Part shown: positions 48,695 to 57,300 of the stretch, in pieces
Numbering within the stretch: the first letter of the stretch is position 1
How the letters are laid out: every line of letters begins with the position of its first letter
From: an uncultured Candidatus Saccharibacteria bacterium
GTDB taxonomy: Bacteria; Patescibacteriota; Saccharimonadia; Saccharimonadales; JBBQAJ01
NCBI GenBank assembly: GCA_964593805.1
Contig: CAZQHP010000001.1
Span: 192,091-256,090 of the forward strand
DNA: 64,000 nt
Reading direction: 5' to 3'
The notes under the pieces: model-generated
What the model was told of the DNA's origin: nothing
What the model saw: the letters and a program-made list of their open reading frames with translations, nothing else
Database searches by the model: none
Program-made: the position numbers and the translations under genes

Positions 48695-50862
48695 CGGGCG
48701 TATAGCCTTGCGAGTGGTTGCAGATTTTCCCAGTGGTATGTTGGTTTTGGACCGTATGGGTCTGGTGCGGTTTCGCCAACTAAGGCGGTTTTCATTCCTA
48801 GAGCCATAGCAGCACCAACATCAGCGTCTTGGTCATCGCCTACATATATACTGCGTTCTGGGTTGATTCCAAGCTTGCCAAGTGCGATTGCAAGTGGTTC
48901 TGGGTGTGGTTTGCGCCGTTTTACATCGCCACCACCGATAATGACATCAAATGAATCACTAAAGCCGTGCAAATCAAGCACACGACCTAGAGATATTGGA
49001 CCTCTTGTTGTAACTAGTCCAGTTACTTTGCCACTATCACGCACAGTCTGAATAACTTCTTTAGATTCTGGTGGTGCGTAGAACATATGGTCAAAGCTGC
49101 CAGTTACTTTGCCGTTAGCCGTCATGAAGTCTTCAACTGTTAGCTTGTTTGAGCTACGAACATTATGCTCGGCAACCATTGCTTCAACCATTTTATTGAA
49201 GTCGTGTATCTTAGAGTATTCTTTGATTTCTTCTTCCGAAAAACCAGATTCAAACTCTCCAAAAATATGTGTGAGCTTTGCAATAACCTCGTCTTTAACT
49301 CCGAAGTGAAGTGTGTCGTCAAGGTCAAACAATACTGCGTCAATGCTTGTCGATTCATCAAGTACACCTCGTCTTAGAATCAGCTTCGCTGCGTGCCAGC
49401 CAAGTACCGCTTGACGAGCTTTCTCGCCAGCAACACCAACATACATATCTGGTGTAACCGCAGCAACACGGTCTTTTAATTCGCCGTCAGGCAAGGCTTC
49501 GTCAATAACTTCACGAATATCTGCTAGGTCAAGTTTCTTACCTTGTGTTAGAGCAACCACTTTGTCGTAAGCGTCTGGATCGCCTGATACACGCCCAGCA
49601 GTCTGAACTAATTCGCTCAACACTTCGGCGGACTGATTGAGTGTTTCTCTAGCACCGTCTTCATCAACAGCTAGTCGGTCAAGCTGAACTGCAAAATAAT
49701 TATAACCAGCAACAACTCGTCCGATCATATCGCCGTAGGCACGCTGCCAGCCATGGTCTGATAAATCTCTTTCGTGGCGGCTTGCTACAAGACCCTCTGG
49801 CGCACGGCTCATCAAAGCAATCGCTTGTTCAAACAGGGATTCGGCGTTCTCTAATCTCCAAGGGTTAATCTTGTGAGACATCGTGGAAGAGCCTTTTTCG
49901 CCAGCTACAAGTCGTTGCGTTAGCTTGTTGCCTAGTATCTGCAACCAAACATTGTCAGTGGCGTCTTTGCCGACCAGTGCAAGCCTAGAAACGGTTGATA
50001 GTAAATCAGTTACTGCTAGGTGGTCGTTACGTTGGTTTTCTACTGGTGCGTAGGTAAAGCCCATACTCTCAACGAAGTCTTTTGAATACGCGTCATAGTC
50101 AAAGTCTGGAAATAGTACAGACATCGGATTATGGTTACCGACTGCACCACTAAACTTACCACTCAAACGCTTTCCGTCTAGTTCTTCGGCTACTTTTGTA
50201 ATATCTGAAAGCAAGTAACCGAACTGCTTACCAACAGTGGTTGGAGAAGCTTTTTGAGCGTGCGTAACGCCAAGTGTAGGAGTATCTGCGTATACAGTCG
50301 CTAAATGTGCTAAACGGTCAGCTACACGTGCAACCGAAGGGACAATAACTTTATTCGTAGCGTCACGAAGCATGAGGTTATAAGCAAGGTTATTGGTGTC
50401 TTCCGAAGTCATACCGAAGTGAACCCACTCTTTGAGATGTCCAAGACTATATGCGTTTAATTGTTCTGCAAGATAAACTTCAACTGCCTTTACGTCGTGT
50501 TCCAATGGTGGCTGACCCTTGTAGCCCAAATGGTCAAGGCGAATTACTACGCTTGGATCAAAATGGTCTTCGTCATATAAGCTGCGAAGCAAAAGTTTGT
50601 CTGCGCTAGTCATCTCAATATCCACTGGACCACGTTCAGCGAGGTTAATAAGAGCTTCTACCTCTACTTCGGCACGATAACGGTGCAACGCACCCTCGGA
50701 AGTTATATTATCTAGCTCCCAAGTAAAAGGCTTCTCACGTCCTGCGAGGACTGTTCCTTGATTCAAGCTATCTAGAACTAGTTGTTCTGGGTCTGGGTGG
50801 TTCGCTAGAGGGTTGTATGCTTCTGGCGAGTCGCTATATTGGCTTAGTATTTCTGCTGACAC
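48691..50862 (-). CDS. purB: adenylosuccinate lyase fused to a C-terminal HAD-IA phosphatase domain (passenger gene)
   Basis: The N-terminal ~480 aa carry HFGMTSEDTNN and the fumarate-lyase signature GSSTMSHKINP. The C-terminal ~230 aa carry HAD motifs I FDLDDTL, II GLVTTR, III KRRKPHPEP and IV YVGDDQDAD. Confidence 0.85.
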   Translation of the reverse strand: MSAEILSQYSDSPEAYNPLANHPDPEQLVLDSLNQGTVLAGREKPFTWELDNITSEGALHRYRAEVEVEALINLAERGPVDIEMTSADKLLLRSLYDEDHFDPSVVIRLDHLGYKGQPPLEHDVKAVEVYLAEQLNAYSLGHLKEWVHFGMTSEDTNNLAYNLMLRDATNKVIVPSVARVADRLAHLATVYADTPTLGVTHAQKASPTTVGKQFGYLLSDITKVAEELDGKRLSGKFSGAVGNHNPMSVLFPDFDYDAYSKDFVESMGFTYAPVENQRNDHLAVTDLLSTVSRLALVGKDATDNVWLQILGNKLTQRLVAGEKGSSTMSHKINPWRLENAESLFEQAIALMSRAPEGLVASRHERDLSDHGWQRAYGDMIGRVVAGYNYFAVQLDRLAVDEDGARETLNQSAEVLSELVQTAGRVSGDPDAYDKVVALTQGKKLDLADIREVIDEALPDGELKDRVAAVTPDMYVGVAGEKARQAVLGWHAAKLILRRGVLDESTSIDAVLFDLDDTLHFGVKDEVIAKLTHIFGEFESGFSEEEIKEYSKIHDFNKMVEAMVAEHNVRSSNKLTVEDFMTANGKVTGSFDHMFYAPPESKEVIQTVRDSGKVTGLVTTRGPISLGRVLDLHGFSDSFDVIIGGGDVKRRKPHPEPLAIALGKLGINPERSIYVGDDQDADVGAAMALGMKTALVGETAPDPYGPKPTYHWENLQPLARLYAR

Positions 50863-51158
50863 GCTAACTCCTTAAATGATTACCTAGACTATATAATTAA
50901 CAGATAAGCAAAGCAAGCATAAGCAAATTGGCTAAATAAAGCGTTCATAACTAATTCGTATTAATATATATCTACCTTATATACGAAGTATATATAAAAG
51001 GAGCTAAAAACTTATGAAAAAAACAGATGAAAATCAAAAAGATAGTATGGAACCGCGGTTCTCTATTATCTCTACCTGAAAATTGGGTACTTCCTCTATA
51101 TGTATATATAAAGGAGAGGAAGTAAAAGTAAGTAGATTACAGATTAAATGATACCGGC

Positions 51159-51184
51159 AACAGTTCCTCTCGGCAGGAACTGTT
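51159..51184 (-). terminator. hairpin downstream of the transposase gene
   Basis: aacagttcct-ctcggc-aggaactgtt, a perfect 10-bp stem about 55 nt after the transposase stop. Weak U-tract, so its function as a terminator is uncertain. Confidence 0.3.
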
Positions 51185-51237
51185 AGGACAAGTCTGTATA
51201 ATGGTGCTTATGGGTAAAAAGAAGTTTCTAGAAATAA

Positions 51238-52092
51238 TTAAGCTCGCTTCCCAGCCTTTGCCAAAAGGAGCGGAAAAATCGTTTGATGACGGTGATTATA
51301 ACGAAAGGCAAATTCTGCGACGTATGAACCAAGATAATAAGGAGAAACTGCGTGGTAAGTCCCATCCAAAGAACGTTTCAACTGGCCGAAAAAGCCCTCC
51401 ACGTGGTTCGTCGTAACACCGTCTTTTACAAACTCCTTAGCAATATGCCTAACTGATTTGTGATTATAAAATTGTTTGACCTGTAGATGTTTATAAATCT
51501 TGCTTTCGTCAGTATGTAGCATTGAACCATCATCTACATTCTCACGTAGAAATGGAAGAGCGTGTTGTGAGTTGGCTCTAGGTACAACCTGAGTCCTAAT
51601 CTCTCCACCTACTTCCAGAGCCGCCATAACGGGTGTTTTATGGTCTTTATAGGCTTGCCTGCGTTTACCGCCTATATAGGCTTCATCTACTTCAATCGGT
51701 GTGCCTAAAAAACCAAGTTTACCGCTTTCATGCATAAGAACCCGTATCATCTTGGCCATTCTATGTGCTGTTTTATAAGAAACACCGACTTGTCTTTGTA
51801 TTTCTAGAGCTGCGACACCGTTCTTAGACACGGAGAATAGATATAACGCGTGAAACCATAACGACAGTGGTGTCGTAGACTTTTCAAAGATTGTGCCAAC
51901 TAGCGGATAGATCTGTTGCCTGCAGGTGGCACACTTGAAGGACATACGGTTTTTAACACGCCAGAACTTCGTACCAATAACACCGCACTTAGGGCAAGTC
52001 TTTAGGTCGCCATAACGATAGTCAAAGACGAGTTGCAGGCACGACTCATCATCAGGAAAGTCTGCCCTCAAGTCCTTAATGGTGTATCTCAT
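51238..52092 (-). CDS. IS1595-family (ISXO2-like) DDE transposase
   Basis: N-terminal zinc ribbon CPKCG...CATC, a helix-turn-helix region, then IEVDEAYIGGKRR and HTDESKIY blocks. 284 aa. Confidence 0.85.
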   Translation of the reverse strand: MRYTIKDLRADFPDDESCLQLVFDYRYGDLKTCPKCGVIGTKFWRVKNRMSFKCATCRQQIYPLVGTIFEKSTTPLSLWFHALYLFSVSKNGVAALEIQRQVGVSYKTAHRMAKMIRVLMHESGKLGFLGTPIEVDEAYIGGKRRQAYKDHKTPVMAALEVGGEIRTQVVPRANSQHALPFLRENVDDGSMLHTDESKIYKHLQVKQFYNHKSVRHIAKEFVKDGVTTNHVEGFFGQLKRSLDGTYHAVSPYYLGSYVAEFAFRYNHRHQTIFPLLLAKAGKRA

Positions 52093-52229
52093 GCTATATA
52101 TTATATGCCAATAAAGGTTGGCGTCAAGCGTAAACTAACAGATACTATCAAGTACTAGAGCATGTATAACGAACAACAGCAAATTTCTGTGGATATGTGT
52201 AGTAAATATGTGAAAGTACTAGCCTGTTA

Positions 52230-52253
52230 GGTTGTCTTGGCTACATACTCCTC
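52230..52253. repeat. right terminal inverted repeat
   Basis: ggttgtcttggctacatactcctc, the reverse complement of the left IR with one mismatch. Confidence 0.9.
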
Positions 52254-52261
52254 GTATAAAT
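52254..52261. repeat. target-site duplication, right copy (GTATAAAT)
   Basis: Identical to 46868..46875. Confidence 0.85.
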
Positions 52262-52298
52262 ACTTTTCAACTGATAATTAACTTAGTAAACTCTGAAC

Positions 52299-53753
52299 AT
52301 GAAACGGGCAAAAAAGCTCCTTGGGGTAATCGCCATTTCCCCTCTACTGTTGCCATTGTGGCTTGGCGAAATTGTCCATGCAGACACGCCGGCGCTGATT
52401 ATTTCTGAAGTCAAAATCCGCAACGACACCGCGGGATTTGATGAATTTATAGAGTTGTACAATCCCGGGGTCGAGCCAGTTTCACTAAATGATTATTTTA
52501 TAGGCTTTGTTAATTCGCCTGCTCCGTCCGCCGATCAATTGTTCGCCGAATTCGTGATTGGCGAGGGCCTACTGCCTGCCGGGGAAAGTTTTGTTCTGGC
52601 TAAAAACGAACTAGACCTAAATCTGCCAAAGTCCAAAAAGTCGCCGTTTGCCAGTTTGTCAGACAGCGGCGGGACTTTGCGCATTACAGATGCCCAGGAC
52701 GAGATCATAGACCAGTTTGCTTGGACTGCTACTGCTAGCCTGGCTATCGCGCCTGTGCAATTTTTGTGCACAACCAGCAACACTACCTGCAACGCAAATA
52801 AATCCCAAAGTTTCACCCGGGGAAAAGACGACCAAGATAACTATTTATTGGCAAACCCTTCGTGGCAGCTTGTGGCGCCGTCGCCGCTGAGCGTTGACTT
52901 ACTGCCATTACCAGTTCCAGACCCGGTTCCCGAACCCGACCCGGAACCAACGCCAGACCCAGCCCCCACAGATGACACAACTGAACCTCTACCAGACCAG
53001 GTTGCGCAGACCTCGGAAGACACAGCCACTACGGCGCCTTTACAGCCTTTGCAAATTACTGAACTCTTACCCAACCCTGCTGCTCCAGCCAGCGATAGTA
53101 GCGATGAGTTTATTGAACTTTATAACCCAAATGACCAATCCGTGGATCTAGCTGGCTATAAACTGCAATCCGGCAATACGTTTAGCTACAGCCATAGCTT
53201 TGCCGGGGTGAGTCTTGGCGCGCATGAGTACAAAGCTTTTCTGATTACTGAAACAGGCAATATTTTGTCTAATACCAGCGGGCAAGCCCGTTTGCTCGAT
53301 CCTTCCGGCGCGGTCGTGGCTCAAACCAATGCCTATGATTCGGCGGATGACGGCGACGCTTGGGCTCTAATAAATGGAGCCTGGCAATGGACAACTACGC
53401 CAACCCCGAATGCCCCAAACGTGCTGGCAGCGCCTGTTTTAAAGATTGCGGCCGCCAAAACCACTACGGCTAAAAAACAAACTACAGCCGCTAAAAAACC
53501 TAAAGCCAAAACTACGGCCAAAGTCGCTAGCGCCAAGACCAAAAAACCAGCCGCCGCAGCCGCCGAGCGCCAGGTCTACGAGGACCCCGCGGAAACTATT
53601 GCGCCAGTTCACCCGGGTATACTTGCCGGCGTAGGTGTTGTCACGCTAGTATATGCAGCATATGAGTACCGCTATGACGTTTTCAATCGCTTGCAACAGC
53701 TCCGACGCTACCGAGAAGTTCGGCGAGCAACTAGGCCGTTGTCTAAAGGGTAG
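52299..53753 (+). CDS. surface protein with two lamin-tail (LTD) domains and a C-terminal membrane anchor
   Basis: Signal peptide. LIISEVKIRN...FIELYNPG and ITELLPNPAAP...EFIELYNPN (the LTD hallmark). A Pro/Asp/Glu/Thr linker, a Lys/Ala/Thr-rich stretch and a terminal TM helix ILAGVGVVTLVYAAY. Confidence 0.7.
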   Translation: MKRAKKLLGVIAISPLLLPLWLGEIVHADTPALIISEVKIRNDTAGFDEFIELYNPGVEPVSLNDYFIGFVNSPAPSADQLFAEFVIGEGLLPAGESFVLAKNELDLNLPKSKKSPFASLSDSGGTLRITDAQDEIIDQFAWTATASLAIAPVQFLCTTSNTTCNANKSQSFTRGKDDQDNYLLANPSWQLVAPSPLSVDLLPLPVPDPVPEPDPEPTPDPAPTDDTTEPLPDQVAQTSEDTATTAPLQPLQITELLPNPAAPASDSSDEFIELYNPNDQSVDLAGYKLQSGNTFSYSHSFAGVSLGAHEYKAFLITETGNILSNTSGQARLLDPSGAVVAQTNAYDSADDGDAWALINGAWQWTTTPTPNAPNVLAAPVLKIAAAKTTTAKKQTTAAKKPKAKTTAKVASAKTKKPAAAAAERQVYEDPAETIAPVHPGILAGVGVVTLVYAAYEYRYDVFNRLQQLRRYREVRRATRPLSKG

Positions 53754-54126
53754 CGAAGTCATAGAACTTATCAGCGACCTGGGCGGCGGTAAAACCACGC
53801 TGACCCGCGGCATTGCTCGTGGAGCAGGCAGTGTCGACGCGGTGGGCAGTCCGACTTTCATGTTGAGCAAAGTATACAAAGCAGCAAAGTGTGATATATA
53901 TCACTTTGATTTCTACCGACTTACAGAAGCTGGACTCATGGAACACGAACTGCACGACGCGCTGGCAGACCCGCGAGCAGTTGTGATTGTGGAATGGGGC
54001 GGGGTGGTGCAGCACGTTTTACCCAGCGAACGGCTCACCATACGTATCAGCAAAACAACAGACGATTCGCGAAAGCTTATATGCTCTTATCCAAAAGAGC
54101 TCGCTTATCTACTGGAGCAGGCATGA
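53674..54126 (+). CDS. tsaE: tRNA t6A37 biosynthesis ATPase TsaE
   Basis: P-loop SDLGGGKTTLTRGIARG and the later YHFDFYRL block. Start MTFSIA at 53674 (or 53653) lies 80-100 nt inside the preceding ORF. Confidence 0.8.
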   Translation: MTFSIACNSSDATEKFGEQLGRCLKGSEVIELISDLGGGKTTLTRGIARGAGSVDAVGSPTFMLSKVYKAAKCDIYHFDFYRLTEAGLMEHELHDALADPRAVVIVEWGGVVQHVLPSERLTIRISKTTDDSRKLICSYPKELAYLLEQA

Positions 54127-54172
54127 TTTTTCCTATGCTTACCATATACATGCTACTAGGAGGCAAAGCCTC

Positions 54173-54562
54173 ATGATCATACTTGCGCTCAAAACGGATA
54201 GTCCAGAAGCAGAAATCGGTTTATACGAAGATAACAAGCAAATAGCATATGAAACATGGCAGGCACACAGAAAGCTGGCAGAAACCATTCACCAGAAAAT
54301 CGATAAGCTACTAAAATCAAACGGGAAAAATTTGGACTCCATACAGGGCATCGTGATTTTTAAAGGCCCTGGTAGCTTTACGGGGCTTCGGATTGGGCTT
54401 TCAGTCGCAAACGCGCTGGCGTATAGTTTGAACATCCCGATTGTGGCAGCAGAAGGTGATTGGATAGAATCCGGAATAAAACAGCTGCTGGCTGGCAAGT
54501 CAGACAAAGTTGCCCTGCCGGAATACGGCTCCCCTGTTCACACCACAACTCCCAGAAAATAA
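54173..54562 (+). CDS. tsaB: tRNA t6A37 biosynthesis protein TsaB, short form
   Basis: MIILALKTDSP...GPGSFTGLRIGLSVANALAYSLNIP. Only 129 aa, equivalent to the N-terminal half of typical TsaB. Confidence 0.8.
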   Translation: MIILALKTDSPEAEIGLYEDNKQIAYETWQAHRKLAETIHQKIDKLLKSNGKNLDSIQGIVIFKGPGSFTGLRIGLSVANALAYSLNIPIVAAEGDWIESGIKQLLAGKSDKVALPEYGSPVHTTTPRK

Positions 54563-54757
54563 AAATAACGTACCACCCAGGATTAGTTGTCAGTTGCGGC
54601 TGAACGGGGTATTATTGAAGTTAGGATTACCACTGTTCTTTTGGGAGCAGAGTCCAAATTGTATAAATTGAATTTCTAAAGTATTGTAGCGGGCTAATGA
54701 AGTGATAGTGATGTCCGGGAAACATGCTTTGGACCGATAGAAAGAAGAGGTTTCCAT

Positions 54758-56272
54758 ATGGATCCAGTGACTATTGTACTGGCATTAGTTGGTATAGGTG
54801 TTGGCTTTGGCGCAAACACCGTCATGACCAAGCAAAAACTAGGTAGTGCCGAAGAAAACGCCAAAAAGGATCTGGCCAAAGCCAAAAAAGAAGCAAGCAA
54901 ACTAATTGATGAAGCTCGGGAAGAAGCCTTGCGTGCGGCCGAGGAATCTAAAAAAGAAGACCAATCGCGCCGCCGTGAAATAAAAGATATAGAACAGCGT
55001 CTGCTGTCGCGCGAAGAATCACTGGATAAAAAGCTGGATGATCTAGACAAGCGAAGTGAAGGCCTGCGCAAAGGCGAAGACGAAGTAGAAGCACTCAAAA
55101 ACGAAATCCGCGAAATCCGCGGCAAACAGCAGGAAAAACTGGAAAAAATTGCCAAACTGACCAAAGCCGATGCCGCTGAAAAGCTAATACAAATGACCGA
55201 ACGCGACATCCGCGGCGATCTAACAGGTTTGATTACCAAACTGCAAACTGAAGCCAAAGAACAGGCCGAAGAAAAAGCCGGCGCTATTTTGGTTGGGGCC
55301 ATGGAGCGCATGGCCAGCGAAGTGACCGCCGAACGTACCATCACGTCCGTCAAGCTGGAAGACGAAGAAATGAAAGGCCGGATTATCGGCAAAGAAGGCC
55401 GCAACATTCAGGCTCTGCAACGGGCTACCGGCGTGGACATCATGGTGGATGATACGCCCGGCTACATTGTGCTCAGTAGCTTTGATCCTGTGCGCCGCGA
55501 AGTTGCCCGCCAGGCGCTGGAAATGCTGCTAAAAGACGGCCGCGTACATCCGGGGCGGATTGAAGAAATCGTTGAAAAAGCTCAGAAAGAAGTTCAAAAA
55601 GCCGTCATTCGCGCTGGCGAAGACGCCGCCCGTGAAGTCGGCATCATCGGTATTCCCAAAGAAGTTCTGGAGTTACTTGGCGAGCTCAAATACCGTACCA
55701 GCTACGGCCAAAACGTGTTGAAACACAGTACCGAAATGGCACATATTGCCGGCATCATTGCTGAGGAGGTCGGGGCGGATGTAAAGATTGCCAAATACGC
55801 CGCGCTGGTACATGACATCGGCAAAGCCCTGACCCACAAAGTAGAAGGCAAGCACCACCACATCAGCGGTGAAGTCCTGCGTAAATACGGCGCGCCAGAA
55901 GAAGTCGCCCTGGCTGCCGAACAGCACCATGATGACGTAGAAGCCACCAGTACCGAGGCTTTGATTGTTCGCGTGGTAGACGCCATCAGCGCTTCGCGTC
56001 CTGGCGCTCGCAACATCAGCGCCGAAAACTTCGCCGAGCGCATGAAAGACCTGGAAAACATTGCCAACAGTTTCAGCGGCATCGACAAATCCTACGCTAT
56101 CAGCGCTGGCCGCGAAGTCCGCGTGTTTGTAAAACCCGGTCAGATAGATGATCTTTCGGCCATCAAGCTGGCTCGCGACATCGCGACTAAGATTGAAGCC
56201 AGCATGCAATATCCGGGGACTATAAAAGTCAATGTCATCCGCGAAACCCGCGCCATAGAATTCGCCAAGTAG
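54758..56272 (+). CDS. rny: ribonuclease Y
   Basis: N-terminal TM helix, Lys/Glu coiled coil, KH motif GRIIGKEGRNIQ, HD domain HDIGK. Confidence 0.95.
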   Translation: MDPVTIVLALVGIGVGFGANTVMTKQKLGSAEENAKKDLAKAKKEASKLIDEAREEALRAAEESKKEDQSRRREIKDIEQRLLSREESLDKKLDDLDKRSEGLRKGEDEVEALKNEIREIRGKQQEKLEKIAKLTKADAAEKLIQMTERDIRGDLTGLITKLQTEAKEQAEEKAGAILVGAMERMASEVTAERTITSVKLEDEEMKGRIIGKEGRNIQALQRATGVDIMVDDTPGYIVLSSFDPVRREVARQALEMLLKDGRVHPGRIEEIVEKAQKEVQKAVIRAGEDAAREVGIIGIPKEVLELLGELKYRTSYGQNVLKHSTEMAHIAGIIAEEVGADVKIAKYAALVHDIGKALTHKVEGKHHHISGEVLRKYGAPEEVALAAEQHHDDVEATSTEALIVRVVDAISASRPGARNISAENFAERMKDLENIANSFSGIDKSYAISAGREVRVFVKPGQIDDLSAIKLARDIATKIEASMQYPGTIKVNVIRETRAIEFAK

Positions 56273-56275
56273 TTC

Positions 56276-57073
56276 ATGCGGTTACTTTACATTGGGGATA
56301 TTTACGGAGAACCGGGCGTCGAAGTCGTTCGAAAAGTTCTGCCAGAACTTAAAAAGGCACAGAAAATAGACGTTGTTATCGCTCAGAGTGAAAATGTCAG
56401 CGAAGGACGAAGTTTATTGCCAAAAGACAGAATGCTACTACAGTCACTCGGCATTGATTTCTTTACTGGAGGAAACTGGAGTTTATTCCGCGACGAAGCA
56501 CACGGCGACTTAAATGACCCCAACGTACCGGTTACAAGACCCGCCAACTATCCAGCCGGCACGCCAGGGCTAGGATATAAATATCTTCAAACCAAAAAGG
56601 GCAAAATCTTAGTGATCAGTTTGTTGGGCAGTATTGTTGGTAAAGATGCCGATAAGCCGATGGATAATCCGCTAAAAGTTGTCGATGAGATTCTCGAGCG
56701 TGAAGACTCTACTAAGCGAGTAGCAACCGTAGTGAACTTTCATGGTGATTATTCGAGCGAAAAGCGGGTGATTGGTATGTATCTTGATGGGCGTGTCAGC
56801 GCAGTGATTGGTGATCACTGGCACGTGCCAACAGCCGATGCTTCAGTCTTGCCAAATGGGACAGCTCATATTACCGATGTGGGTATGTGCGGCAGTTTGC
56901 ACTCCAGCCTAGGCGTTAAAACCAGCGTCATTGTGTCTCGCTGGCGAGATGGCCAGGTCAACAAAAACGAACTGGAAACCAAAGGACCCATGCAGTTCAA
57001 TGCCGTGCTGGTAGAAACCGATGAAGCAAACGGCTTAGCAAAATCAATTAAACAGATACAAATTTACCAATAA
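56276..57073 (+). CDS. ymdB: YmdB-like metallophosphoesterase (2',3'-cyclic-nucleotide 2'-phosphodiesterase family)
   Basis: MRLLYIGDIYGEPG start and GNW, NFHGD and GDHWHVPT metal-binding blocks. Conserved rny-ymdB linkage. Confidence 0.85.
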   Translation: MRLLYIGDIYGEPGVEVVRKVLPELKKAQKIDVVIAQSENVSEGRSLLPKDRMLLQSLGIDFFTGGNWSLFRDEAHGDLNDPNVPVTRPANYPAGTPGLGYKYLQTKKGKILVISLLGSIVGKDADKPMDNPLKVVDEILEREDSTKRVATVVNFHGDYSSEKRVIGMYLDGRVSAVIGDHWHVPTADASVLPNGTAHITDVGMCGSLHSSLGVKTSVIVSRWRDGQVNKNELETKGPMQFNAVLVETDEANGLAKSIKQIQIYQ

Positions 57074-57118
57074 AATGGTAAAATAACATCTGTTGAGTAG
57101 TGGTGCATGTTCTTTGGA

Positions 57119-57195
57119 CGGGGATTGGCGCAGTTGGCTAGCGCGCGCGGTTTGGGACCGCGAGGTCGGAGGTTCGAGTCCTCTATCCCCGACCA
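57119..57195 (+). tRNA. tRNA-Pro (anticodon UGG), CCA encoded
   Basis: Manual cloverleaf: acceptor cggggat/atccccg, D arm gcgc-agttggcta-gcgc, anticodon arm cgcgg-ttTGGga-ccgcg, T arm ggagg-ttcgagt-cctct, discriminator a, cca. Confidence 0.9.
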
Positions 57196-57300
57196 AAGAA
57201 TGTGCACTACCATGCGTGCAATTCGCTGTTCTTTCACCCCGACCAATCAAAGAGCGTTTCTTATGAGGCTCTTTTTGATTGATTTGCTACAATACCTCTA

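Larger units (their letters stand above)
46876..52253 (-). mobile_element. IS1595-family transposon with three passenger genes
   Basis: 24-bp terminal inverted repeats (1 mismatch), an 8-bp direct target duplication, an ISXO2-like DDE transposase at the right end, and visibly lower G+C than the flanks. Confidence 0.85.

Noticed and set aside
51201-51416. A 71-aa plus-strand ORF at the transposase 3' end.
   Set aside because: It is mostly antisense to the well-supported transposase ORF, has no RBS, and has a basic low-complexity sequence.
54563-54757. The 195-nt gap upstream of rny, considered as a possible structured RNA gene (SRP RNA, RNase P, riboswitch).
   Set aside because: I found none of the diagnostic conserved strings, such as the RNase P GAGGAAAGUCC or the SRP domain IV motif. 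It is most simply the rny promoter/5' UTR. A covariance-model scan would be needed to exclude a riboswitch.
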